Shown: positions 1 to 10,836 of the stretch, piece by piece | Layout: the number at the start of each line of letters is the position of its first letter | How positions within the stretch are numbered: position 1 is the stretch's first letter | NCBI GenBank assembly: GCA_043228905.1 | Contig: JBHGNT010000015.1 | Coordinates: 310,001-374,000 of the forward strand | Source of the DNA: Azolla caroliniana | Lineage: Eukaryota; Plantae; Polypodiophyta | Direction of reading: 5' to 3' | Length of the DNA stretch: 64,000 nt | Program-made: the position numbers and the translations under genes | The notes under the pieces: model-generated | The model's input: only the letters and a program-made list of their open reading frames with translations | What the model was told of the DNA's origin: nothing | Databases searched by the model: none

Positions 1-1389
1 ACGCATTTGAGATGAAGGACCTGAGGGACCTTCATTATTTTCTTGGGATCGAGGTGATTTGAACCCCCGACGGCATATTGCTCCTACAACAACATTACGT
101 TTTGAATATGTTGTACAAGTTCGGCATGACAGAATGCCGACCTATCTCCACACCCTTGGGCCGGAACCAGAAGCTTCGTCCACACCCTTCAGTGCGCGCA
201 ACGGATACTACGTTATGTAGGCAACACGAAGGACCGAGGCCTATTATACCGGCACGATATACCCGAAGAGCTGGTTGGTTACACAGATGCCGACTAGGCC
301 GGCGATGCATCAAATTGTCGATCAACCTTCAGTTCCATGTTTTCCCTAGGAAGTGCGACTGTTGCGTGGGGCAACAAAAAGCAGCCAATAGTTGCTCTGT
401 CGAGCACTGAGGCTGAGTATCGAGGCGCTACCATTGCCACCTGTGAAGCCATTTGACTTCGGCGACTGTTGCAAGACCTACATATCGAGGTACCGTCCCC
501 GATCCTGGTATACTGCGACAACATAAGCAGCATGCACCTCGCCAAGAACCTCATATTCCATGCTCGCACAAAGCACATAGAAGTGCACTATCACTTTGTG
601 CGTGAGCGTGTCCTGAGCGGTGAGGTTGAACTTCGGTATGTTCACACGGATCGGCAAGTTGCCGACATCTTCACCAAACCGCTCGGATCAGACAAGTTGC
701 AGCACTTCACCAAAATGCTTGGTGTTCAGCATCTCGACGTGCCACACTTGAGGGGGAGAACGGGCAAAGACACCGGAACGGGCAAAGGCAAAGAGACTGC
801 CGATTGCGCCGGTGAGGGAAGAACTGACGAAGGGAGAGTCAAGAAAAAGAAAGGAGCCGAGTCGACAAGGGAAATAGACACGTCCGAACAAGTCGGAACA
901 AGCGGCAATGGTGGTAGAGTCAAGAAGGACAGAGCCGACCGAAGGAAGAAGGCCAAGACCCGGACATGGTCCAATGTGGTGAAGGGCCTAGAACCAAAAG
1001 ACGAATCGGGAGCAACCGATTCGGACAATAGCTGGAACGAATCGGAGACAGTTGATTCGGTTCAACAGACAGATTCAGAAGAACTGGATCAATTCAAGGC
1101 CAAGAGGATGAGAAGGCAGCGAAAGTTGACGCCAACACGAAGGGATCGGCTAACGGGAACGCACCGAAGTCACAACAGCAAGGGAGCTGAATTGGGCCTG
1201 TTGAGCAGACAAGCCGACCGAGGAGATCGAGGTGTGCAAAACAAGAGGGGTCGTGGCAAACAGAACTGGACCGGACGAGGAGCGCGAGCAAGGCGGAACG
1301 ACGCCAGGAGAAGTCGGTTCGAAGAACCGACTGCCACAGAGGCTGACACTAGGATCCAACCTCAAGTTGAGCTTGAGGGGGAGTGTTGA
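1..1389 (+). pseudogene. pol: Ty1/copia pol 3' part (RT C-terminus and RNase H), degenerate, with a long in-frame C-terminal extension
   Basis: Copia motifs FEMKDL..LHYFLGIEV, GYTDAD, VALSSTEAEY, YCDN and HARTKHIEVHYHFVRE...QVADIFTKPL. There are internal stops, frameshifts and an RT deletion near 180. PPT TGAGGGGGAG sits directly before TGTTGA at 1384. Confidence 0.93.
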
Positions 1390-1448
1390 GCGGCAAGCTC
1401 AACTAGAGCCGGATCGGCTGGATAAGCCTGAGCCGGCAAGCGAGACGG
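1384..1448 (+). mobile_element. Copia 3' LTR, left part (interrupted by gypsy element A)
   Basis: Starts TGTTGA immediately after the PPT and ends at the ACGG target-site duplication (1445-1448). Confidence 0.8.
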
Positions 1449-1686
1449 TGTCGTGAAGTTTCGCGCACGTGTGTTACTTGGGCGGGACCACGGGGGTCTC
1501 GGACTAGGGAGTACTCAAGGGATAGAGAAGACCCGAGGTTTGCTTTACAACAATACTACTTCCCGACCCCTTCCCGAGCAAGGTCTCGTTGCCCTTTGTT
1601 TTGTGAGGCCGGTGGCTCTCGTTGATCACGACTACCAATTTATGTCGCGAAGTTTCGCGCACGTGTGTTACTTGGGCGGGACCCGT

Positions 1687-2413
1687 TGTCGTGCCTTTCG
1701 GCTCCGGATCGTTTGCGTGAGTCGGGTGGGAACCACTGGGGTTTTGGACTAGGAAGAGGAGAGTTTTAAGGCTAATAAGAATATAAATATGTTGTAAGAA
1801 AGAGTTATAGCAAACTCGTGAATCCCACGAGTATATTGTATTAGATTAATCAATATGAATATAAGAATATAAATTTGGGTTGAAAGAGAATGATATAGAA
1901 TCCTCGTGAATCCCACGAGTATAGTTTATTAATTGGTGTTTTTTTAGAAACATATCCAGTTTCCAAGTATTTCACACACCTATTACATTGTGCTCCCCAT
2001 CCTTATGTAGTGATGGGAGAGACTAAGCATAGCTACATGCTTTTTTTTCTAATATGTTCATGCGCTTTTATTTGCTAAATATAGTGCTCATGCACGCTAG
2101 ATGTGCATGAGTCACTTTTTAGTTGCTTGCGTTTTTCTATAAAATATTCACGCACTCTAAAAATGCACGATTTACCTTTTAATAAAGGTAGGTGCAAATA
2201 AAGCAGTTATAGTTATTAAATCTATTTATAGAACACTAAAGATAAGGTAGTATAATGGTAAAGTTGAGGTTTGGCTACGTGGAGGTACAGGGTTCAAATC
2301 TTGCCCTATGCACGTGATAAATATCTTGATATATTATTTTATTTATTTATATGTAATTAAATCGGTTATATTATTTTTACTTTTTCACGTAGTGTACGAA
2401 ATACACTACGACA
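1687..2413 (-). repeat. 3' LTR of element C (727 bp)
   Basis: Direct repeat of 4336-5061; ends TGTCGT/ACGACA. Confidence 0.95.
2241..2311 (+). promoter_or_regulatory. tRNA-like (SINE-head-like) Pol III A/B-box module in LTR C; second copy at about 4889-4959
   Basis: TAGTATAATGGTAAAG (A-box-like) ... GGTTCAAATC (B-box) at tRNA spacing, followed by T-runs. The cloverleaf is degenerate. Confidence 0.55.
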
Positions 2414-4297
2414 CTCGCCCCCTCCGAACCCGCACATCCTCCGGTATGTGCCGAAGTTGCCGATGCTCGTTGTCTCCCCTTCATCCTCCGTTTGTCCCGC
2501 TATGTCAACTTTGTCTCTCCATTTTGAGTAGACCCATTCTTTCCACCCGAACCATTGTCGCCATCCGATCCACCATATTCTTTGTTCTCTCTCGTCATAT
2601 TCTTGGCCCTTGTCATTCGTGGTAGTGTCTTTTACTGGCCTCTTTCTTGTCTTCATCAACCTTGACTTTTTTCCGGATCGCTCTCGTCCGATCAACTTTC
2701 GGTTTGATCGGCTTCCGATCGGATTCGTATTCGGCCGAATCGGAATCTGTTGTTCGGTTTCGATTGAGTCGGTCTCCTTCCGGCCCGGTTTCGATCTATC
2801 GGTTTCGGTTTCGGTTGGCTTTCTTTTCCTCGTTTTCACCAGCCTCGACCGGTCCAACCTCCGGTTGAGTCGGATTAGCTTCTTTTTGGATCGGTCTCGT
2901 CCGATCGGCTTTCGGCTAGGTTGGCTTCCATCCATATTCACGTTCGGCCAAGTCAGACTCAATCGATCGGTTTTGACCGAGTCGACCCCTTTTCGGGTCG
3001 GCTTTCTTTCGGATCGGAATCCCGTCCGGATCACCTTCCATCCAAACCGGCTTCCGACTTTACCTTTCTTGCTGCCACCTCCCGTCTCTCCGGTCTCACG
3101 TTGGTTCTCGGACACAACTGCCGAAGTCTCTAGAATTAGTGGGTAGGAATCCTCGGTATTATCATCCTCCATTGTTTCACCCATAGCCATATTCTCGGCT
3201 ATCTCTCCGTCGTATGCATCGACTTTGACCTTTGTTTTCTCTCCGCCACCTTCCGTCTCTTCGGTCTCACGTTGCCTTTCGAACGCAACCGCCGGAGTCT
3301 CTAGAATCAGTGGTGGGGAAGTCTCGATATGGCCATCCGTCGTTGATTCGTCCATAGCCACCTTCGATTCGATGTCATCTTTCGTGGCGACCTCCTCAAT
3401 CAAGTCCTCCTTGCTCTCTTTCACTGCATCAATTATGCAAACATCAATTATGCTTACCCCTTTTTCACCCGATGTTTCGGACACTTGTATTCCGAAATCT
3501 TCTTCTACACTTGGGTTATCGGCCTTATCCTTCGCCATCGTTCTTTCGCAAGACAAGAGGGTAGCTTGTTTTACACCCTCTTCCGTCGCACCATCATGTT
3601 GTATTTCGGCCTTCATATCGGCTCCATCGTTTGTCTTCAATCGACCATCCTTCATCGGCCATGTCGTTGACAAGATTCTCATCTTCCTCTCATCATGTCT
3701 CCGGCATACCCTTTGGACTTCGGCCCAATCTTCAGTAAGACCATTCGTACCGTCATCGTCTTCGAGTTCAATCCCGATGTCCTTCCTTTCTTTTCGATCG
3801 ATCGATTTTACGAACATTAGGACTTTATCCTCCCCCACCAATCGTTGTTCCCGCTCCGAGAGTTGAGCAAGACGATGCTCGAACTCTAGGAATGCTTGTG
3901 TTGCACTTCGGTGGGTCTTCTCCGATGCCACCCATTCGTCGAATTTTCGCCGATCTTGTCCCTTTGATCTCTTGTAATCATATGTCTCTCGTAAAGCTTC
4001 TTCGAATGACCCCCATGTCGAGTTTTGTTGCCGTATCTTGTAGATTCTTTCTTGTAGCTCATTCGTGGCCACCCGATTGAAGGATGTCACTTGCAATCCT
4101 TCCGGTATCCCACATCGTATCATCTCCGCCTTGTAGTCACGTAGATAGCATGACACATCGTTTCCGTTGAATTGTCCGTTTCGTTGTACGAGCCGCTTTA
4201 CTGCCCCCGTGATCTCCGACATCACTCGTTGTTCTTGTAGCATCCGCTCGAACATCATCATCATCGTTATGCTCATTGCCTCTTGTTGATTCTCCAT
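2366..4297 (-). CDS. gag: Gag-derived protein of element C: capsid-like N-terminus plus acidic and basic repeat tail, no zinc knuckle (about 643 aa from ATG 4297)
   Basis: The N-terminal ~200 aa align by eye with Gag of B (FERMLQEQR.MSEI, NGQFNG.DVS.YL.DYKAEM, GLQVTSFNRVAT, DKV.MF, GLTE.W). The ORF is uninterrupted and ends inside the 3' LTR. Confidence 0.8.
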   Translation of the reverse strand: MENQQEAMSITMMMMFERMLQEQRVMSEITGAVKRLVQRNGQFNGNDVSCYLRDYKAEMIRCGIPEGLQVTSFNRVATNELQERIYKIRQQNSTWGSFEEALRETYDYKRSKGQDRRKFDEWVASEKTHRSATQAFLEFEHRLAQLSEREQRLVGEDKVLMFVKSIDRKERKDIGIELEDDDGTNGLTEDWAEVQRVCRRHDERKMRILSTTWPMKDGRLKTNDGADMKAEIQHDGATEEGVKQATLLSCERTMAKDKADNPSVEEDFGIQVSETSGEKGVSIIDVCIIDAVKESKEDLIEEVATKDDIESKVAMDESTTDGHIETSPPLILETPAVAFERQRETEETEGGGEKTKVKVDAYDGEIAENMAMGETMEDDNTEDSYPLILETSAVVSENQRETGETGGGSKKGKVGSRFGWKVIRTGFRSERKPTRKGVDSVKTDRLSLTWPNVNMDGSQPSRKPIGRDRSKKKLIRLNRRLDRSRLVKTRKRKPTETETDRSKPGRKETDSIETEQQIPIRPNTNPIGSRSNRKLIGRERSGKKSRLMKTRKRPVKDTTTNDKGQEYDEREQRIWWIGWRQWFGWKEWVYSKWRDKVDIAGQTEDEGETTSIGNFGTYRRMCGFGGGECRSVFRTLREKVKII

Positions 4298-4335
4298 CTC
4301 CTTGCCACCCGCCTTCACGTCGGGTTCACCAAATG

Positions 4336-5061
4336 TGTCGTGCCTTTCGGCTCCGGATCGTTTGCGTGAGTCGGGTGGGAACCACTGGGGTTTTGGACTA
4401 GGAAGAGGAGAGTTTTAAGGCTAATAAGAATATAAATATGTTGTAAGAAAGAGTTATAGCAAACTCGTGAATCCCACGAGTATATTGTATTAGATTAATC
4501 AATATGAATATAAGAATATAAATTTGGGTTGAAAGAGAATGATATAGAATCCTCGTGAATCCCACGAGTATAGTTTATTAATTGGTGTTTTTTAGAAACA
4601 TATCCAGTTTCCAAGTATTTCACACACCTATTACATTGTGCTCCCCATCCTTATGTAGTGATGGGAGAGACTAAGCATAGCTACATGCTTTTTTTTCTAA
4701 TATGTTCATGCGCTTTTATTTGCTAAATATAGTGCTCATGCACGCTAGATGTGCATGAGTCACTTTTTAGTTGCTTGCGTTTTTCTATAAAATATTCACG
4801 CACTCTAAAAATGCACGATTTACCTTTTAATAAAGGTAGGTGCAAATAAAGCAGTTATAGTTATTAAATCTATTTATAGAACACTAAAGATAAGGTAGTA
4901 TAATGGTAAAGTTGAGGTTTGGCTACGTGGAGGTACAGGGTTCAAATCTTGCCCTATGCACGTGATAAATATCTTGATATATTATTTTATTTATTTATAT
5001 GTAATTAAATCGGTTATATTATTTTTACTTTTTCACGTAGTGTACGAAATACACTACGACA
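4336..5061 (-). repeat. 5' LTR of element C (726 bp)
   Basis: Direct repeat of 1687-2413, followed on the minus strand by CATT and the PBS TGGTGAACCCGACGTGAA. Confidence 0.95.
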
Positions 5062-5722
5062 CCGTTGTGGTAACCACCGTCTCTATGGCCCGGTCTAGGC
5101 CGGTGATGCCTTCTCAGGCATTTACCAAGCGGTCCGCCGCCGCCGCCTTCGCTTCAGCGAGTTCTCCTCCTCGCATCTTGATTTTCCCTTGCCGCCCTTT
5201 CACGTCGGGTTCACCAATTTATGTCGCGAAGTTTTGCGCACGTGTGTTACTTGGGCGGGACCACGGGAGTCTCGGACTAGGGAGTACTCAAGGGATAGAG
5301 AAGACCCGAGGTTTGCTTTACGACAATACTACTTCCCGACCCCTTCCCGAGCAAGGTCTCGTTGCCCTTTGTTTTGTGAGGCCGGTGGCTCTCGTTGATC
5401 ACGACTCATCGACCTTCTGAGATCACCGTACGAGCCAAGTGACCAAACGAGTACAAGCAAGATGAGCACGCAACATGAATGCACAAGGGGACGATAACAC
5501 AAACACGAATGTCCGTACGGCTTTATGAGGAGGAGAGGTGCATGGGCGCGCCCGAACGCTCCCTCGTCACAAGACGTCGAACGTACAAGGAAGACACAAA
5601 ACACATGCACAAAATGCTCGTATGCCTTTATGAGGAGGAGAGGTGCATGGGCAAGCCCGAACGGTCCCCTCGTCACAAGACGACCGAACGTACAAGGAAG
5701 ACACAAACACACACACAAATGC
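5062..5722 (-). repeat. Internal duplicate of element A LTR 3' part (5722->5222), PBS (5199-5216) and gag start
   Basis: Matches about 9518-10180 with scattered substitutions. Confidence 0.9.
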
Positions 5723-7515
5723 TCACGTTTTACTTGGGCGTATCCTCGTTGTCTCTCGCTTAAGACCTTGGCTCCGAACCCGATGGCATAGCGTGTACCA
5801 TCCTCTCCTTCTTGGTTGATGACCCATCCGATCCCTGTTGGACTCGTATCTACTGTCACGTAGATGGGCACCCCTTCCTTGTATAGGGCTTTTCGTAAAG
5901 CTGGTGCCGCTACCAAAATTCCTTTGAGCCTCTTCATTGCCTCTGTGTGCTCTTCCTCCCACTTGAACTTCCGCCCCTTCTTGAGTAGCCCATACAAGGG
6001 CTCGGCTAGGTGAGCATAGTGCCGGATCCAGATGTGGTAGAATGCACAAGCACCAAGAAATCGCCTCACCTCTGTTTGCGATTTACATTCTTCTCTCATG
6101 TTTGTGATGGCGTCCACCTTTGCTGGGGATGGCTTCCGTCCGTACGCCCCGCACAAGTGTCCCACCACAAGGATCTCTGGTTGGCCGAATGCCGATTTCT
6201 CACCCGAGAAGGTCAAGCGTGCATCTTCGAGTCTTTGTAGAACCTTCTCGCAATCGGAGATGTGATATGCCACAAAACGTCTGCACCCAGCCTCGTCCAA
6301 GGTTTCATCTTTCTCCGCTTCAGAGCACCCTTTTATGGGGATGTCATCGAGGAATGGCATGGTGATGTCAGGATGCAATCTCTCAATACCTTGTTCATTG
6401 CATTTACCATGTGGGCTACAAAGTTAGTGCCTCCTTGTAGCAAGGTACACATTCGCACTAGGCCAATAGGGGTCCGCATCGTCCTGATGTCCCTACTCTC
6501 CACAGCTAGTTGGAATTGATCATACCCTGAGTATAGATCACCGATAGAATAAATAGACCTTCCAGCGAAGGCCTCGGAGAATTCGTCAACGCTCGGTCCG
6601 ACCCCGGCATTTCGAATTGTCACTTGATTAACATGTTGTAGGTCCTGGATGAAGCGTAATGTGTCGTTCTTCTTTGGCACAGTGAACCACCGATTTGAGT
6701 ATGGAGCGCTAGATGGCTCGAGGATACCCATCTCGATCTTTTCCTTAAGTAGCTCAATCAACTTTGGGATGTGAGCTCTCGGAACGGGGATTGGCTTGAT
6801 GTTCCACGGTACATGCGGCACCGTAAAGATCACCATTGGCTCCACGATCTTAGGGTTTACACACCCTATCTCACCCGACGAGAAGGCGAAAGCCCTTCCG
6901 TGGCTTTCGATCATTCTTCTAAATCTTTCCTCCTCCCTAGGCAATAGGAAGCCACCCCCACCAATCCAGAGCTTCTGTCGCGTCTCATCGGTGAACCGAT
7001 GCCCTATGCCTCGTGGGTCCCGCAAGCTAGGATCAGTCGCTACCCCCTTTATCCGATCCCAACTATCGTTAGGCAATGGGGCAGCCACAGGCTTCACCTT
7101 CTTGTCCATGGTCTTGTACTTTGTTTGTACCTTGACCGTCCTCACTTCCTCAATCAACCGCCCAAGCTTTTCGATGGCGGTGTACATGTCAACTGAGTTG
7201 ACTGGAATTACCTTGTCTTCATTGAGGCCCGAAATGACTACCCTCTCCATCTCTCTAAGAGTGTCGTCAAACGAGACCACCTCCATGGCGCCGCTTATGG
7301 TATCATCTTCCCCCAATAAATTACATTGTTTGAGATACCGTTCGTATCTCTTGGCCCTAGACTTATCTCTATCACTTAAACTAGTAATTTTACAAGCTCC
7401 ATTTTCGGAGAACCAAAATTTATTCCTATTACATAATAGTTTTACAAGGGTTTAGGGTCTTAGTTTGCCTCGGGCTATTGCGGCCCCACTCTTTAATAGC
7501 CCGAATCAAAAATCC
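5723..7515 (-). pseudogene. pol: Element A RT-RNase H (frameshifted, truncated in RNase H, integrase deleted)
   Basis: PYSNRWFTVPKK, DLYSGYDQFQL, PFLDDIP, VDTSPTGIGW. Frameshift near 6370. The sequence jumps into the LTR repeat after GYAQVKRE. Confidence 0.92.
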
Positions 7516-8278
7516 TCTCGGCTATCCCCTTTGAGGGAGGCTCGATTGCGCTCATGGTTGGGCCTCACTGTAAGGAATTGGACCGAATGCTTCCCATCTT
7601 GGCTCTTGACCCTCGCATATGCCGACCCATTGTCTAGCACCTTCGTCTCCATACGAGCCTCCGTGATGTATGGTTCACCCAAGATGACCGGGTGCGAGGA
7701 CATCTCTTGAACAAAGAAATTTTGATCTATTTCTACGTCCCCCACCTTCACACGTACATTCAGGCAAGCCCCGTATAGCTCCTCGGTTGCTCAGGGGTCG
7801 CCGCTCTAATCTTCCACTCGTGCTTCGTGTTGATCGGCCACTTTCCCTTTTTATAAAAGTCCATGGACATAAGGTTGATCTCAGAGCCATGGTCGATCAA
7901 TGCTACCACCGGCTCTTTTACATCTCCGACCCGTACCGGTGTCTCCGTTGTCACTCTCGCCCAATGCGGCCTCATGTAGTGACTGTCCGCATAGTCTTCG
8001 TCTTCCTCGGGGACCTCAGTTGACAATGCATTTACAATCGCGGGTTTTGCCACTTCTTGCTCCGTTGAGAGTCGCTTCCTCTTCATTAGGTCAATGATGT
8101 CCTCGTGGAATTCTTTCTTGGCAATTCCGAGAACCTCTCGCAGAGTAAACTCTACGCGACTATCGAGGATCCTCTCCTCCACTACCTTCTTCAAGTCCGT
8201 TGCTTGTTCGATCTCCGAGCAAAGCTTGAAGTTGTGGGGGTTCCCCTTCTCTTTCCATCTTTCGTCGCATGCTTGAGA
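7506..8278 (-). pseudogene. Element A aspartic protease region (frameshifted)
   Basis: ALIDHGSEINLMS and VILGEPYI motifs; collinear with 13017-13775 of B. Confidence 0.9.
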
Positions 8279-9633
8279 CTAGTTCGGCTCTTCCCTTCTT
8301 CGTGCACCTCGAGCGTCGTATTTCCTTGATGGACCGGCTCCCTCGTGATTTCCTACCTTCTTCTCTTCTACCATTACTTCGTAGTTTTGGCAAGCGGCTT
8401 CCACTAAGCCTGTCTTTTCTTCCACCGGATCCTTCCACCCGATTGCTTCTTGGACCCTTCTTTCCGCCTCGTCTCATTCTTCTCTTTTAAACTTCCCCTT
8501 CGAGAGGCTTCCAAGGATTGACGGCCAAAAGTCAAACTCTTTCTCCTCTTGCCTCCTCACCTCTCTCCCCACTCGGATCCCAACCGACGCCGAGTAGTGG
8601 ACGACTTCAACATGTCGTGCTTCGGCCTCCTCCATTAGCCTTCTCATGCCCCCTCGGCCTTGATTCAATCCCAAGGGGCGCCTTGTCTCCGTCGAATAGA
8701 CCCTATTGTTCCAAAGATAGACAATATCCACACTCCCTTCGTAGGTGGTCGGGGTTGTCGCACCACATACATCTTTGCGCGAACGAGGGATGTCGATCTT
8801 GAGGGCCGCCACTCTCTCTCCTAGCTTGCGCTATTTGGAGATCTCGCACCATCTTTGTGAACTCGTCTATTGCCGACCCTCCCGACGGTGCTTCAACCAC
8901 GTTTCTCTCGGGGATGAACCTTGCATTTGGTTGCTCTCTTTCTTGAGGTATTCTACCACCCCTGGGTTCGTGTGTCTCACTAATGGAGCTTGTGGATGTT
9001 TGGCCGCTCAACGGAGACCCGTCATTCCATTCCCTTCTCTTATCGAAGCAGCTACAAACCCATTTTACCATAGCCCAATCCGTCGTGAGCCCATCATCAT
9101 TTTCGAGGAGGGACCCCACCTTCTCTCGGTCTCGTGCATCAACAGTCTTTATGAATAGTAGGACTTTGCTTGTGTCAAACACCATCCTATCGAGCGTCGA
9201 GAGTCGCGCAAAGCGCTTCTCAAATTCTTGTAAAAGTATCATAGTATTTCTCCCCTTGCCGGGAAGGTCAACCCACTCCATTAGATCCCTTTTCGAAATT
9301 CTGAGTGAGTCATCAAGGCCGTACTTCTCGAGGAGTCTTTCTTCGAACTCCACCCAATTGCAACAGTCCGCTTGGATCTCGAGTACCTCCGCGTGGATAC
9401 TCGGCGTTACCACTCTAGCGAATCCGGTTAGCCGCCTATCTTCGGGGATGTTTCGCATAAGCATTTCGGCCTTATAGGCATCCAAGTAGCTCGTGATATC
9501 TCTTCCATTGAACCGACCCGTTGTGGTAACCACCGTCTCTATGGCCCGGTCTAGGCCGGTGATGCCTTCTCAGGCATTTACCAAGCGGTCCGCCGCCGCC
9601 GCCTTCGCTTCAGCGAGTTCTCCTCCTCACATC
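8279..9633 (-). pseudogene. gag: Element A gag (stops and frameshifts)
   Basis: GRFNGRDITSYLDAYKAEM; zinc knuckle CMWCDNPDHLRREC (CX2CX4HX4C). Confidence 0.88.
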
Positions 9634-9954
9634 TTGATTTTCCCTTGCCGCCCTTTCACGTCGGGTTCACCAATTTATGTCGCGAAGTTTTGCGCACGTG
9701 TGTTACTTGGGCGGGACCACGGGAGTCTCGGACTAGGGAGTACTCAAGGGATAGAGAAGACCCGAGGTTTGCTTTACGACAATACTACTTCCCGACCCCT
9801 TCCCGAGCAAGGTCTCGTTGCCCTTTGTTTTGTGAGTTCGGTGGCTCTCGTTGATCACGACTCGTCGACCTTCCGAGATCACCATACGAGCCAAGTGACC
9901 AAACGAGTACAAGCAAGATGAGCACGCAACATGAATGCACAAGGGGACGATAAC

Positions 9955-10212
9955 ACAAACACGAATGTCCGTACGTCTTTATGAGGAGGAGAGGTGCATG
10001 GGCGCGCCCGAACGCTCCCTCGTCACAAGACGTCGAATGTACGAGGAAGACACAAAACACATGCACAAAATGCTCGTACGCCTTTATGAGGAGGAGAGGT
10101 GCATGGACAAGCCCGAACGGTCCCCTCGTCACAAGACGGCCGAACGTACAAGGAAGACACAAACACACACACAAATGCTCGTACGCCTTTATGAGGAGAG
10201 GTGCATGGGCAA
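9955..10212. repeat. ~105-bp tandem repeat inside LTR A (continues 19392-19745; copy at 5500-5722)
   Basis: Unit ACAAGACGGCCGAACGTACAAGGAAGACAC...CTTTATGAGGAGGAGAGGTGCATGGGCAAGCCCGAACGGTCCCCTCGTC; about 6 units, split by the PLE insertion. Confidence 0.9.
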
Positions 10213-10437
10213 TTATTGCTATGACCGTAGGATCGTGACAAGGAGTGTGAGCGAACTAGCACAACTATTGAGATGATATGGGAAGAGTAAGAAAAGAAAT
10301 AAAGCAATGATGCAAGTGAAACTAAGGTGAGTAGGATTAGAGGTGACCAAGAGTAAAAGAGAATGAGAGAATGAGATGAAAGAAGAAGAGAAGAGTGAGT
10401 GAGAAAAGAGAAAAGCTTAAGAAATTTTCATTAGAAA

Positions 10438-10489
10438 GACCTTGTGCAAACTAGTTTCGCTCTAGGTAGAGCTCATTAGTGCCAAGGTC
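10438..10489 (-). ncRNA. Minimal type-I hammerhead ribozyme of the PLE (core variant CUAAUGA)
   Basis: Minus strand reads GACCTTG-GCA CTAATGA GCTCTA-CC-TAGAGC GAAAC-TA-GTT TGC-A-CAAGGTC: stem I, core, stem II, GAAA, palindromic mini stem III. Confidence 0.75.
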
Positions 10490-10523
10490 ATTTACAACAA
10501 GAGGGTAGGTTTATATAGGGGGA

Positions 10524-10526
<3 letters not shown>

Positions 10527-10581
<55 letters not shown>
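10527..10581. repeat. (GA)n microsatellite within the PLE 3' region
   Basis: Perfect dinucleotide run. Confidence 0.95.
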
Positions 10582-10588
<7 letters not shown>

Positions 10589-10836
10589 AGAAAATAGGAG
10601 TTTAATGATGGGAGAGAGGGAAACGAGGAATTGTGATAGGTAATGGATTGGTTAGTGAAAGTGGGTTAGAGGGGGGTTATATGTATGTACATGATAAGTG
10701 ATAGGTGGGGGTGGGTGTGGGGGTGGGATATAAAAGGCATATAGTATTAAGTGGGAGTATTTATGGATTTATATTTAGTTTTGACGAGAAGGGAATGAAT
10801 GGACTTAGACTTAGTCCAACATATGAAGGGTCGCGG

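Larger units (their letters stand above)
1687..5061 (-). mobile_element. Non-autonomous Gag-only LTR retrotransposon C (relative of element B)
   Basis: LTRs 1687-2413 and 4336-5061 are near-identical (one 1-nt T-run indel seen). TSD CCGT (1683-1686, 5062-5065). PBS 4314-4331. PPT adjacent to 2414. No pol sequence. Confidence 0.93.
10213..10836 (-). mobile_element. Penelope-like element, 3' part (ORF end, (CT)n tract, hammerhead-bearing terminal region)
   Basis: Removing B and one GCGG restores ...QLSELPRPFICWTKSKSIHSLLVKTKYKSINTPT*. No GIY-YIG domain follows. Confidence 0.8.

Noticed and set aside
5329-5791. ORFs reading through the 105-bp repeats (also 9733-10307, 19459-19836)
   Set aside because: They are translations of LTR tandem repeats fused to broken pol or PLE frames, with no independent protein signature.
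9985-10030. 105-bp repeat unit as a twister or hammerhead ribozyme
   Set aside because: It has hairpins and a CAAGCCCG stretch, but the catalytic core nucleotides and topology could not be matched.
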